Source: a virus
Taxonomy: Duplodnaviria > Heunggongvirae > Uroviricota > Caudoviricetes
Reading direction: 5' to 3' (one strand)
IMG/VR virus record: IMGVR_UViG_2571042005_000001
Span: 48,446 to 112,445 of that record
DNA: 64,000 bases
Shown here one piece after another: positions 1 to 10,361 of the stretch. A model generated the notes under the pieces. The model did no database searches and was not told the origin of the DNA. It worked only from the letters and a program-made list of their open reading frames with translations. Both the position numbers and the translations under genes were made by a program. Numbering within the stretch: position 1 is the stretch's first letter; each line of letters opens with the position of its first letter.

Positions 1-3000
1 CAGGGTTTTGGAGGCATCCTGCTGCGCGGACTCCAGAGCGGTGCGTTTCTGCACGATGGTGGCACGCTGGCTCTCAAGGTCCCGAGCGGAAGCCCCGTTT
101 TTCAGCATGGCGGCGAGGATGCCTTCCTCAGCGGTGAGTTCAGCCCGGGCAAGATCCACCTGGGCTTCCTTGGCACCGAGGACATCCTGATCGCTTTTCG
201 CGCGGGCCACCTGACTGGCCACCAAGGCAGCCTGCAACGTCAAGCCTTCCCGCAGGCGGTTGCGTTCCAGTTCGATGATGGCATTCAACTCATCCCTCTG
301 GGCTTCATACAGGGCGGTTTGCTTGCCGATCACTTCGGCCTGCTGCTTGTTCACGTCCGCGGCACTCGATCCACCTTTGACCATCAAATCCAAGAGCTCC
401 TGGCTGTCCAGCAGCTCCTGCTGGGCCAGAGCCACCTTTCTGGTTTTGGCTTCAACGGTTTCACGGTCGCTTCTCGCTCGGGCAGCCAAGGCAGAGGCTT
501 CCGCTTCCAGCAGCACCAGCCCTCCACTCAACTCATCCCTGCGGGACTGCACGAAACCATCCTGCAGGGCTTTCTTGCGGGACAGCAGTTCACTTTCCGC
601 TTTCAGCACCCCGAGGTTCGCATCCCGCACCTGCTGGGTGTTCCCGGACGGGCTTTGCAGGGCATTCCTCTGGGTTTCACGGGCCAGCAGCAGTTTCTGC
701 TCAGCGATCTGCACCTCTGCACGCAACACGCGCAGTTGACCCTCGGACCCCTCCGCCTGCTGGCGTTGCAAGTCCAGCAGGGCCTGAGCGGTGTCGATGT
801 CGTACTGCATGCTGGCCTGACGGTCCTCGAAAATCGCCTGCTGAAGGGCCTGCTGTTTGCTGTACAGCTCGGTTCTCGCCGACAGCAAGTTGTTCTCCAG
901 AGCCGCCAAGTCCACCCCTTGTTGGTTGGTGGACAATGCAGTCTGCAAGGCACTTTCCAGGTTGCGGACCTGCTCCTCACTGGCCTGCAACTCCAGACGC
1001 CGGGCAGTGAGCACCTGACCTTGCGCCTCAGCGAGACGCGCCTCACCCTGCAGCCTTCCTTGAACCGTCTCGGACACCCGACCCTGGTACTCCGATTCGG
1101 CACGCAAACGGGCCGTGTGCCTCTGGGAGAGCACCTCAAGCTCCAAAGTGTTCAAAGACGTCAACTGGGCCCGGTACTGCTCGAGCACCACCGTGGAAAC
1201 CGCCCCTTCCGGAACCCGAGCAAGGGCTTTCGAAAGGGACTCTTTTTGCTTCTGGATGTTCTTCAGTTGCGACTCGAAAGGACCATCCGCTTCCGCTCTG
1301 GCCCGGTCTGACCCGGTGAGCAGGTTCTTGCTGAGTTCAGCCCCAAGGTCCCGACTGAAATCCCTGGCTTCACGCAAAGCCGACTTCAAACCCAGCACGT
1401 TGTCGAGCCGCACTTGCCCCACCTGACGCAAAGCGTCCTCAAGGGCCTTGATCTCACCGGGGGTGCTTGCAGCAGCTCGACGGGCCCGCAAACGGGCCTC
1501 CAGACTGGTCAACTCTGCGCCCGTCAAATCCTTCAAGTTGCGAAGCTCACGGCCCAGCACGTCCTGCAAAGCCGCCACCCGAGCCTCCTGCTCCCTGCGG
1601 ATGGCACCCAAACGGGCCTGCTCCACCTGGGTGCTGCTCGCCAACTCGATGCGTTGCTTCTCCTGCTGGAAACGGAACCGGGCTTGAGCTTCCGCTTCCC
1701 CTTTTCTGGCCCCGAGGCTCTGGGCGTCCCGCAACTCCTGCTCCAAGGCACCCTGAGCGGAAAGCAACTCCTGATCCCGCTGCACCCTGATGGCCGCCAG
1801 ACGCAAATTCAAAATCTGCTGGCTGTAACGGCCCTCAATCCGCAAACGGGCATCCCCGCTCTGGCCGTACAGCTCGATCTCCTTGTCCCTGAAAGCCTCC
1901 AGACTGGCCACCGCAGCATCCAAACTGCTCCGGCGTGCCCCGAGGGCAGACACTGCACCAGCAAGGAGTTGCCGTTCGGTTTGCAGGTCGTACTCTGCGA
2001 TGGCACGCATGCCCTGCTCGGTGAAGGTCTTCAGTTCATCGGCCTTCAGGAGGGTCAACTTCTGGATTTCAACTGCGAATTTCTGACGTGTGCCAACGTC
2101 AGGCGCTTCGCTGGCCTTCTTCTGCAGTTCGGCAAGCTGTTCATCGTACTTGCTGGAAATTTCATTGAAGGTTTTGGCCTGCTCCAGCATCACTTTCGTG
2201 CGACCATCCTGAGTCAGGGCAATCCGGCGATCCTGAATGCTCTGTTCCGCCTGACGCAAATCCTGCTCGGTGGATTTCAGTTGCTCAGCCACCAGTTGAT
2301 CCAATGCCTGCTGCCTCACCCGGTCAATTCGGGTTTCCAACTCAATGCGGATGGTGGGGTCCGGGATTTTCTGGCGCACCTCGTCCAGCATCGACTGGAA
2401 TTCCAGAGCGATTTTCCCGGCTTGCTTCCCGAAATCGGTTTTCACATCGAGGTTCAGTTCCGCTTCACGTTGACTCAGGGACTCATCGATGGCCTTGCGG
2501 TTCTCCAAGCTGAGTTGCAGGTCCTTTTCGGCCTGGAATGCCTCTCTGGCTGCACGTGCCTCCTCTCGTTTTTTGGCAATCAAAGCGTCGGCGTTCGAAA
2601 GGCGGGTTTTTGCTGCTGCTACCGCAGCTTGATTCCCGCTGACTTCAGCGTCCTCAAGGTCCTGCAAAATGCGACCTTTGGCTTCCTGAAGCACCACCAC
2701 CTGCTCAATCAAACCCACGAACTGCTCACCGAACTGACCGACCAGGCGCTCTCGGGACGCCTTCTCGGCTTTTTCGGCATCCTCGTAGATTTTCTCGGTG
2801 GCCTCCATGTAGCCTTTCACGGCCAGCACAGCCCCAGCCACAATTCCCGTGAGGGCAATCCACGGGCCTGCCAGAGCCAACTTGTTCAACATGGCCTGAC
2901 CTGCCATGCCGGACATGTAGATTTTGTAATCGTTCATCAACTTGTTGGCTGCAAAAATCCCAGCGCTGACTTTCGCCAGAGCCCCAACAAGCAGAATGCC

Positions 3001-4606
3001 CCCGGTACTGACAAGAAACAGCCCCGCGCCCACCTGCAAAAGCACCGGATTGAAGCCCTCCATCACGTTCAGGAAATTCGTCGCGCCTTTCAGCATGTCT
3101 GTGACCATCGGAACGAAAGTCTTCCCGAACTTCTGAATGAAAATCAGGCCTTCTGAAGTCAAAGCGCTGATCTGACCGGCCATGCTCTGCATCAACTCGG
3201 GGATGTCCTCAACTTCCTGTTTGGTTTCTTTGAGGACCACGTTCATGATCACTTGGGCTTGCTGCAAATTGGTCAGCTCGTCCTTGGTGACCCCGATGCT
3301 CCGGGCGTACTTGATCATCGCTGGTCCCACATCCCCAGAGATGCCGATGGTGTTCAGTTCTCGGGACAGTTTGGTGACTGCAACGTTCTGAATGGCCTCG
3401 AAGGACTTCTGGACCGTGCGGCCCGCAGCGAGACCGGACGCGGCACCCGCAGTGAGGGTTTTCACGGCGTCGTTCAAGGTGAAGCCGTTCCTGAGCATCA
3501 CTTTCACGGACTCTTCAGCCACGCTCGGCACGGTCTTGAAGGTCTTGACCAGTTGATCAATCGCCTTCTGGCCTTCCGCTGCCGCGATGCCTTGACGCCC
3601 GAGTTCCTTGTTGAACAGCCTCTGGCTGACTGTGGCTTTGTCTGAAGCCTGAGCCATCTTGAAGATGCTCACCGCTCCAGCGGACCCGGTGAGCAGGGCG
3701 CTGTTCGAAGCTTGGTTCATGGTGCTGGCAATGTTCAACCCGGCTTGACGTGCCCGCTCCTCCAGCCTCCTCAGGGACTCGGTGGCTTGATTCGCCCCGG
3801 TTTGAACGCGAATCAAACCCTCGGTGATCTGGTTGGATTTGAAGCCATTGCTGGCATCGGTGAGCTTCTGGCGCAACCGGTCATTGGCGGCCACCAGTCG
3901 ATCCAACTCCTGAGCGGCAGCACGTAATTGCTCGGGGCTGAGCCTGCGGCTGTCCACCTCTAGGGTGATTTTCTTGATGTTCCGGTTGTTCTTGTCGATC
4001 TCACCCATCAATTTTTCGTAGGCGCGTTTCGCAGGATCGACGTTGGCCTGCAACTCCAGTTTTTTCTTTGCCAGGTCATCGATCTGCTTCTGCACTTCCT
4101 TCAGGGCCTTGCTGGTGGCCACCATCCGAGGGTCGCTTTTCGGCACCCCTTGGGCTTTCAGATCATCCTGGAGGCGTTTCGCTTGATCGCGCACCACCTT
4201 CAACTCTTCCCGGAGTTGCGTCACGCCCTGCACGGTCGGATTGAAGTTCGCCTGGTTGCTGATCGTCTGGATTTCACGCAGCAAAGCCCTGGCTTTCTGC
4301 AGGTCCGTGACTGAAGGCCCAGAGCCACCACCACCACCGCCGCCACCCGGGGGGATGGGGGGCACTTTGATGGACTCAATCAGGGTTTTCAGGGCTTGCG
4401 CTTTGACGATCACCTTGTCCAGTTCCGTGGCGAAGGTTTGCAGGCCCGTGGCATTGAAGTGCGCATCGACCTTCAATCCCTTCTGGCGGGCATTCCACTC
4501 GGCGATGAACTGGCCGTGCTCGGTTCTGGCATCGGCCCGCATTTTGCGAAACGCAGTGAAAAATGGCGAGGTGTCGAGTTGCTGCGTGTGCTTGATTGTC
4601 GCCATT
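1..4606 (-). CDS. Tail tape-measure protein (partial; begins at ATG 4606-4604 and runs off the window start, >1530 aa)
   Basis: A minus-strand ORF is open from 4606 to position 1. The translation is long and Ala/Leu/Gln/Glu/Arg-rich with extended coiled-coil heptads, a poly-Pro/Gly tract (PPIPPGGGGGGGGSGP) and hydrophobic segments in the middle third. It lies immediately downstream of the tail chaperone-like genes. The plus-strand ORFs listed here (319..1311, 1414..3156) are low-complexity antisense artefacts. Confidence 0.85.
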
Positions 4607-4635
4607 TCTTACAGCTCCTTTGCTAGATTGGGGGA

Positions 4636-4818
4636 ATGAACCCTCAAGATGAACAGCGAATCCGGGAAGAATTTGAGTTGAAAAGGCAATTGCAGGCCGA
4701 TGCAGATGCAGCAGACACCGTTAAAGGCTGCCGCACCTTGCTCTGGCTGATCCCACTGATTTTGTTGGTGTTGATGTGGCCCTTGATCTTATTTGTGATC
4801 AACTTCATCCTGGCCTGA
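4636..4818 (+). CDS. Small membrane protein candidate (60 aa; charged N-terminus, C-terminal TM helix LLWLIPLILLVLMWPLILFVINFILA); possible moron
   Basis: Only convincing-looking ORF in the 220-bp gap between the TMP and the upstream tail gene. Codon usage is AT-richer than the flanks. The RBS is weak (GGGGGA directly abutting the ATG), so it remains uncertain. Confidence 0.3.
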   Translation: MNPQDEQRIREEFELKRQLQADADAADTVKGCRTLLWLIPLILLVLMWPLILFVINFILA

Positions 4819-4825
4819 AGGTCCA

Positions 4826-5299
4826 TCAAGGCCAAATCTGCTGGATGAGGCCCTCAAAAACCCGATTCATTTTCAGTCCGGCCCACACCGCTGCCCTGAG
4901 GTGAGCGGGGTTCGGTCTGCGCCACCTTCTGGCCGTGCGGCCTTTGTAGAGGGTGGTGGTTTGCTCCCCGAGGGCTTCCGCTTCGGCCTGGAGGGTGCTT
5001 TCTGCGCTCTGGCCGAGGGTGCCGAATTCCACGTCTGAGGCGTACCGGGTGCTGTTTTTCACGTCGAGGGTGAAGCGGTTTTTGGTGCTCCGGTTGATCA
5101 CGTCGATGTTCATGAACAGCTTCCGGGTGCGCTGGTAGATGCCTTCCGGGGTGTCGTAAACGCCTTGGTTGACGCCGGTGATGGCCAGAGCGAGGGTGTA
5201 CTGGGCGATGTCTTGCACTTCTCGGGTCATTTCGGCGTGGAGGCGAAGCTCCCTGGCTTCCTCTTCAGCCAGCCATTCATCGAAGTTGCTGTCCAGCAT
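4826..5299 (-). CDS. Tail-associated protein (157 aa), position equivalent to tail assembly chaperone / gpG-like
   Basis: Minus-strand ORF packed between the major tail gene cluster and the TMP. The call is based on synteny only. Confidence 0.45.
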   Translation of the reverse strand: MLDSNFDEWLAEEEARELRLHAEMTREVQDIAQYTLALAITGVNQGVYDTPEGIYQRTRKLFMNIDVINRSTKNRFTLDVKNSTRYASDVEFGTLGQSAESTLQAEAEALGEQTTTLYKGRTARRWRRPNPAHLRAAVWAGLKMNRVFEGLIQQIWP

Positions 5300-5302
5300 G
5301 AC

Positions 5303-5539
5303 TCACTTCCTTTGCTCAAAGCCTTGTCTCCAGGCGTCCAGTTGCCGTTGGGCTTCTTGCACCTCGTGATCCTCTGGGGTACTGGTCTGCTGGGGGCGCA
5401 GACCGCCGTTTTCTTCAAGGGTCCGCAGGTACGCTTGGCGTGGGCTGTCATCGTACCGGTAGGAGGGTTTCGGTTCGGGGCCCTCTCCGATGTATTCGGC
5501 TTTCACGCCCCATTCGGAAGCCATCAGGTGGTCCCGCAT
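5303..5539 (-). CDS. Hypothetical tail-module protein (78 aa)
   Basis: Fills a gap in the minus-strand tail module with tight 3-4 nt spacing to neighbours. Confidence 0.4.
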   Translation of the reverse strand: MRDHLMASEWGVKAEYIGEGPEPKPSYRYDDSPRQAYLRTLEENGGLRPQQTSTPEDHEVQEAQRQLDAWRQGFEQRK

Positions 5540-5652
5540 GCCCCATGCCCTTTCCCGGGAGAGACGCCTTTCTCTGGCCTGCCAGACGTCTTCGATGAGG
5601 ACGTGGGGGAGGTTCTGGACGTAATCGAAGCCTTTTTCTTCGATCAGTTCCG

Positions 5653-6063
5653 TCAGGGGGTCGCGTTCTGCAGGGCTTCCATCTCGGTTTTTTGCGCTTT
5701 GGTCAGGCGGCCCCGCAGGTTGATCGCCAGCGCTTCGACCTTTGCCAGCAGGCTTTCGAGCTGGTTGAGTTCCCAGAGGGTCTGCATGATGAGGGGCATG
5801 TCGATGAGCTGCACTTGGTTGACTTTTTCGATTTCGGTGACGCTGTGCTCCAGCATTTGCTGCACAGCAGTGACGTACTCACCTTCGATGAGGATCCCGA
5901 GGGCTTCCTGGTTCCCGTCTGCGGTGGCGAGCATGGCACCGACGGCGACGAAGTTGAGGAGTTCCCTCTGGTGGGTGCTGGCGTGTTTGAGCTTCCAGGC
6001 GGTGAGGGTGAGGGTCTGACCGGAGTCCAGGGTGATGGTCCTTTGGTATTTGGTGTCGTACAT
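5653..6063 (-). CDS. Tail assembly chaperone-like protein (about 137 aa; start taken as MYDTKYQRT at 6063-6061)
   Basis: Sits directly downstream (minus strand) of the putative major tail protein. The call is based on synteny only. Confidence 0.4.
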   Translation of the reverse strand: MYDTKYQRTITLDSGQTLTLTAWKLKHASTHQRELLNFVAVGAMLATADGNQEALGILIEGEYVTAVQQMLEHSVTEIEKVNQVQLIDMPLIMQTLWELNQLESLLAKVEALAINLRGRLTKAQKTEMEALQNATP

Positions 6064-6150
6064 GGGGCCTCCAGAGGCAAAGGGTCTTCTGTTGTTGTGA
6101 AAGGACCCCCGAAAAAGGGTGGGGGTCCTGTGGTGCTTCAAAAAGGGGGT

Positions 6151-6999
6151 TTACAGGCTGGCGAAGTAATCGACGGCGAGTTCTGCTGCCACAGTGTCGA
6201 GATCTTCGTTGGCGATGCCGCCAATGGTGAAACCTCCATCTGCGGTGGCTCCAACGGTGAAGCCGGGTTTGCTGGTGATGCTGGCAGGCAGCGGGAAACC
6301 TTTGGATTCCAGAGCAGTCAGGTTGAATTTGAGGGCGCTGCCGTTCGCTCCGTCGAGGCCTGCCCCCACGCCATCCCCAGTCAGTTGGGCGTTCGGGTAG
6401 ACGCGCAGCTCACCTTTCCCGCCGTCCGCTGCGGGGAACACCATGATGGCCATGCCATCCACGGGGGTGCTCTGGGTGGGGGTCACCCAGACGCTGGTGG
6501 GCAGGGTGCCTGCGAGGGCGAAAGTCACGCCGCCACTGACCACGGTGCTGCCTGCTGCGGTGGGCCATGCGCCGGGCGCGGCCGCTGCGGACTCTCCGGC
6601 CACGGTGACTTTGTACAGGTAACCGTTGGCAACGGCGGGGCGCACCAGGTCGCCCACTTCGTAATCGAAAGTGGTCTGGAAGGCAGCCACGTCACTTTCA
6701 TCCAGCCAGCCTTGGATGTTTCCGGCGTGCAGGTAACGCACGCCGGGATCGTCCACGCTGATGGATTCGAAGGTGACCACGTCTTTGAAGCCCGTCTGGA
6801 AGATCCGGACGGTTTCTTCTGCGCCGTTCGGGGCGGCTTTCATTTCCACTTCGTTTTTGGTGGGAGAGAACTGGGGGCTGCGGGTGTACCCGAGGTCGAA
6901 AGTCTTCAGGTCTTTCTTGCTGGGGAAGTACATGCGGAAGCCAAGCATGCGGGCTTTGTCGGCACTGCGGGCTTTCGGGTTGGCCAGAGTGATGGTCAT
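6151..6999 (-). CDS. Major tail protein (282 aa)
   Basis: Position between head-tail joining genes and chaperone/TMP. Composition is Gly/Thr/Ala-rich and beta-rich, typical of siphovirus major tail proteins. Confidence 0.55.
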   Translation of the reverse strand: MTITLANPKARSADKARMLGFRMYFPSKKDLKTFDLGYTRSPQFSPTKNEVEMKAAPNGAEETVRIFQTGFKDVVTFESISVDDPGVRYLHAGNIQGWLDESDVAAFQTTFDYEVGDLVRPAVANGYLYKVTVAGESAAAAPGAWPTAAGSTVVSGGVTFALAGTLPTSVWVTPTQSTPVDGMAIMVFPAADGGKGELRVYPNAQLTGDGVGAGLDGANGSALKFNLTALESKGFPLPASITSKPGFTVGATADGGFTIGGIANEDLDTVAAELAVDYFASL

Positions 7000-7382
7000 G
7001 GTGTCTCCTTGTGGGGGCCCTGGAAGGTCAGGGTGGTCTTGTACCCCCCGTCGATGGGGGTGTTGTTCTCCGTGAGGAGTTCGTATGGGGTGTTGTAGTT
7101 GCTGCTGCTCGGGTGCTGGTGGAGCCTCCGGGTGATCCTGCCTGCGAGGGCTCTGGCTTCGGCTTTGCTGGGTGCAAGCACGTCCATTTGGACCATGCAG
7201 GTGCGGGTGATGCCGTCAAAGTTGAGGGTTTGAGGGCTGTAAATCACCACGAAGCCACCGCTGTCTTTCAGGTACGCTTTGAAGCCACCGGGGTAACCGT
7301 AAGGCAAGTCGGCTTCCTCGTCGAGCAGGGTGTTCACGGGAGGGTCAAGGCCCGTCAGGTGGTTTTTGAGGGTTTCATCCAT
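6996..7382 (-). CDS. Tail completion / tail terminator-like protein (128 aa)
   Basis: Overlaps the next gene by 4 nt (translational coupling). Synteny in the head-tail joining block. Confidence 0.45.
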   Translation of the reverse strand: MDETLKNHLTGLDPPVNTLLDEEADLPYGYPGGFKAYLKDSGGFVVIYSPQTLNFDGITRTCMVQMDVLAPSKAEARALAGRITRRLHQHPSSSNYNTPYELLTENNTPIDGGYKTTLTFQGPHKETP

Positions 7383-7385
7383 GGT

Positions 7386-7775
7386 TCACCGGGAGAGTTT
7401 CGCTATGAAAGGCGTCCCGAGGGTGCTGCGCCTCGGGGTTTGCAGGGTGGTGAGGGTGAGGGTCCCTTCCGGGATTTCGGTGGTGGCGTTGATGGCCGGG
7501 AGGGTTTGCCCTTCTTTGAACTCTCCGAGCCAGGTGTCCCGCTCGGGGCTGGTGGCCATGAAGTCGATGCTGCGGCGATCGGTGGCTTTGCTGGGGTCCC
7601 AGGCTTTGAACCGCAGGGTGACGGTGTGGGTGGTGGGTGCTGCTGGCCTGCCGTTCACGAAGGGCTCTGCTGCGGGGGTTTTCCACGTCCAGGGGTGCTC
7701 GCGGTTGTAGATGGAGGTGCTTTGCGAGCGGGTCAGGGCTTGCATGTCAGCGAAAGCATCATCAAATTCCGTCAC
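7386..7775 (-). CDS. Head-tail adaptor / head closure-like protein (129 aa)
   Basis: Synteny. 4-nt overlap with the upstream connector gene. Confidence 0.45.
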   Translation of the reverse strand: MTEFDDAFADMQALTRSQSTSIYNREHPWTWKTPAAEPFVNGRPAAPTTHTVTLRFKAWDPSKATDRRSIDFMATSPERDTWLGEFKEGQTLPAINATTEIPEGTLTLTTLQTPRRSTLGTPFIAKLSR

Positions 7776-8170
7776 CGGGCCACCCCCGCAACGAGCCGGA
7801 AGGGACCTCTGGGGGGCCTGCAGGCCTTTTCGATCAAAGCAAGGGCTTCAGCTTTGTATTTTTCGCTCTGGTCGGCGTGCTGTTTGATGCCAGAGCTTTC
7901 CCGGCGCACCGACCCTTCCCCTTCGACTGTGACGGTCAGGCCTGCCTTCTCGGCCTTCTGGAACTCGTTGTTGGTGTGCAGCAAAACCAGCACATACAAC
8001 GCTTTGGCGTGCTCCAGCAGGGAGGTTTGTTGCACCGTCCGGTTGTTGACCTGCATGACCACCCAGGCTTCTGCTGCTGCGCAGTAATCTTCTTCCTTCC
8101 CGGAGGGCAGCACCACAGCCGGGAAGTGACTCAAGAATTGCTCTGGCGTGAATTCCATGTTCCCTCTCAA
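7772..8170 (-). CDS. Head-tail connector (gp6-like) protein (about 128-132 aa)
   Basis: Small acidic/helical protein directly after the capsid-moron block. Synteny. Confidence 0.45.
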   Translation of the reverse strand: MRGNMEFTPEQFLSHFPAVVLPSGKEEDYCAAAEAWVVMQVNNRTVQQTSLLEHAKALYVLVLLHTNNEFQKAEKAGLTVTVEGEGSVRRESSGIKQHADQSEKYKAEALALIEKACRPPRGPFRLVAGVAR

Positions 8171-8187
8171 TCACCCGACCTGAGGAT

Positions 8188-8760
8188 TCAAGCCTGGCTT
8201 GCAAGCCAAGCGTTGTATTCCTTGAGGGTCCAGTAACGCACGGTCTTGCGACCCTTCCAGAGTTCCACCTGGGCGGTTTGGGGCACCAACTGGGGGGTGT
8301 GGTTGATGACGAAGGGTTTCTCTCCATCGGTGATGGTGTACTCCCCGCCATAACTGGCAATTTGCTCCACCACCGTGGCGATCACTTGCCCTTCAGGGAT
8401 CTCCTTGATGGTTTTGTCGGCTTTGGGAGACTCGGACAGCCCGAGTTCCTGCAGGATCTTCTCGGGAGGGCTGCTCTGGCTGAGCAGTTCAAGCAGTTTG
8501 GTGATGCGTTCAGGTTGCTCTTTGAGGGTGCTGGCGATGCTCTCAGCGGTCCCTTCAGGCCAGTCGGTGGGCAGGTTCACCAGTTGGATTTTCTTTTCGG
8601 AGAGGAGTTTCTCAACGGCGTCCCGGTCACCTGCTTCAAGGTGGTCTTTGATGGCCTCCAGGTCCTTTTCGGTGGGAGGGGATTCCGAGGGGTCGATGAG
8701 CGGTCCGGTGAGGGCGAAGATGGCGGCTGCGAGGAGCCATTTGCGGGATACGTTGGACAT
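8188..8760 (-). CDS. Secreted protein with N-terminal signal peptide (190 aa); moron inside the head module
   Basis: The N-terminus MSNVSRKWLLAAAIFALTGPL looks like a Sec signal. The rest is acidic and Lys/Glu-rich. It is inserted between the major capsid gene and the head-tail connector gene, where no secreted product is expected. Confidence 0.5.
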   Translation of the reverse strand: MSNVSRKWLLAAAIFALTGPLIDPSESPPTEKDLEAIKDHLEAGDRDAVEKLLSEKKIQLVNLPTDWPEGTAESIASTLKEQPERITKLLELLSQSSPPEKILQELGLSESPKADKTIKEIPEGQVIATVVEQIASYGGEYTITDGEKPFVINHTPQLVPQTAQVELWKGRKTVRYWTLKEYNAWLASQA

Positions 8761-8811
8761 GGGTTCTCCTGAAAAAACCCCGGCTGGTGCCGGGGTTCAA
8801 TGCGTGAGGGC

Positions 8812-9903
8812 TTAAAGTTGGCGGGAGCCGGTTCGGACGCCGTCTTTGTCGGCTTTGCCGAAACCGTAGGATTCACGGAACACCACGCGCTCGAAGCCTT
8901 TGACGATCAGCTTGTCGTATTCCACCATGGTGAGTTTCTCATCGACGTACTGTTCCAGGCCGAGGTTGGTGTCGATCAGGGCGACTTTGCCGGTGCCTTC
9001 GAGCACGCTGCCTTTGGGGGCACGTTTGGGGGTCATGCCGAGGATGCTGGGGAAAGCTCCGGTTTCACGGAAGCGGGCTCCGTCAGAGGTGGCATCAGGG
9101 TCCACCAGGTGGGCAAGGGTGAGCAGCTTGCCCAGCTCCACGCGGTCACCGGTGATCACGTTGGGTTCAGCGTCGTTGTCGTTCATCAGCAGCATCAACT
9201 GCACGAGGTCTTTGAGGTCCCAGAGGGTGGTGGCGAAAGCGGTGTTGGGGGCAGGGTTGCCGTTCTCATCACCGTTGATGCTGACTTCGAGGGCCTCATT
9301 GACTTTCTCGCGTGCACGTTTGCGGCCCACTTTGGCAAGGTACCGATTGAACAAATCCAGTCGGACATGCGCCAGAGCCTGGTAGCTCGCTTCGAGCCTC
9401 CAGGAGCGCTCTTCGAGGTTCACGCTCTTTTTGGATTGGGTGAGGACAATCACACCCTGTCCTGCCCCTTCGGTGGTGTCGCCAGCAATGGCGTCCCCTT
9501 CGATTTCATCCAAGATGCCGTAACGCACGGCGGTGCTGCTGGTGGGCACCACCACGCTCACCAAGTCATTCAAGCCCAAGAGGTGCATGCCGACCTTCTC
9601 GAATTCCCGCACGACCTGCTCGACCATCACAGGGAAGAACACCTCGTTGCCGTTGTCGCTGAAGAAAGAAGCTTCGATGTTGCCTGCAGCGGGGCCCGTG
9701 GTGATGATTCCGGCGTTGCGCAGGATTTGCGCGATCGGGCCTTTGCCGTGCTTGTCTTCCACGTCAGGGTTGTACACGTCGGTGTGGAGCTGGTTGGTTC
9801 TGGCCAGTCGCAGCATGAAAGTCAAAGGGCTGATCTTTTTGGCTTGCGCTTCGGCCAGCACGCCTTTGGCGTCTCGCAGGTCACTCAGGTTGTATTTGCT
9901 CAT
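8812..9903 (-). CDS. Major capsid protein (363 aa, HK97-like position)
   Basis: Position after protease/scaffold and decoration genes. Size and composition fit a capsid protein. Confidence 0.7.
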   Translation of the reverse strand: MSKYNLSDLRDAKGVLAEAQAKKISPLTFMLRLARTNQLHTDVYNPDVEDKHGKGPIAQILRNAGIITTGPAAGNIEASFFSDNGNEVFFPVMVEQVVREFEKVGMHLLGLNDLVSVVVPTSSTAVRYGILDEIEGDAIAGDTTEGAGQGVIVLTQSKKSVNLEERSWRLEASYQALAHVRLDLFNRYLAKVGRKRAREKVNEALEVSINGDENGNPAPNTAFATTLWDLKDLVQLMLLMNDNDAEPNVITGDRVELGKLLTLAHLVDPDATSDGARFRETGAFPSILGMTPKRAPKGSVLEGTGKVALIDTNLGLEQYVDEKLTMVEYDKLIVKGFERVVFRESYGFGKADKDGVRTGSRQL

Positions 9904-9975
9904 GGGTTCTCCTCCGGGGAGCGAAATGAAAAAACCCCGAGTGTCCTCGGGGCTGGGGCTTCAGGTTGAGGTGGA

Positions 9976-10359
9976 TTACCCGAGGTCCACTCGGGCGAAA
10001 TGCTGGCCACCTTCAGTCCAGGTGGCGCGGATCCGGCATTGCAGGCCACCTGCAGCCACTTTGGCTTTGCCGGTGCCGTCCACCACGAGGGTTTTGAGGC
10101 CGACAGTGAGCAGGCTGGTGGTTTCGATGTCGTGCACGCCGCGCTCTTCGACGGTCACATTGCCGTTCGCAGCCCGAACGGACACCAGTCCAGTCAGGGG
10201 GTCGCCGTCCGCACCGAGGCCCACCGTTTCATTGCCGACGATGGTCACGCAGCTTCCAACCACCACGTTGGCGTTGTTGGCTTTGTAGGTGCTGGCGCTT
10301 TCGCTGGTGTAGGAGCGGTAACTGCGGATGTTGTTGAAAGACTTGTTCTTCATGGCCAT
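9976..10359 (-). CDS. Head decoration-like / small capsid-associated protein (127 aa)
   Basis: Gly/Val/Thr-rich beta-rich small protein between the protease and the capsid gene. Confidence 0.4.
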   Translation of the reverse strand: MAMKNKSFNNIRSYRSYTSESASTYKANNANVVVGSCVTIVGNETVGLGADGDPLTGLVSVRAANGNVTVEERGVHDIETTSLLTVGLKTLVVDGTGKAKVAAGGLQCRIRATWTEGGQHFARVDLG

Positions 10360-10361
10360 GA

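Noticed and set aside
4826-4835. Programmed -1 frameshift (G/GT-like) joining 4826..5299 to the 4644..4835 frame
   Set aside because: The frame relationship is right for -1. However, no canonical slippery heptamer exists in the short overlap, and the downstream frame is low complexity (SAASASACNCLFNSNSS). It is kept only as a weak possibility.
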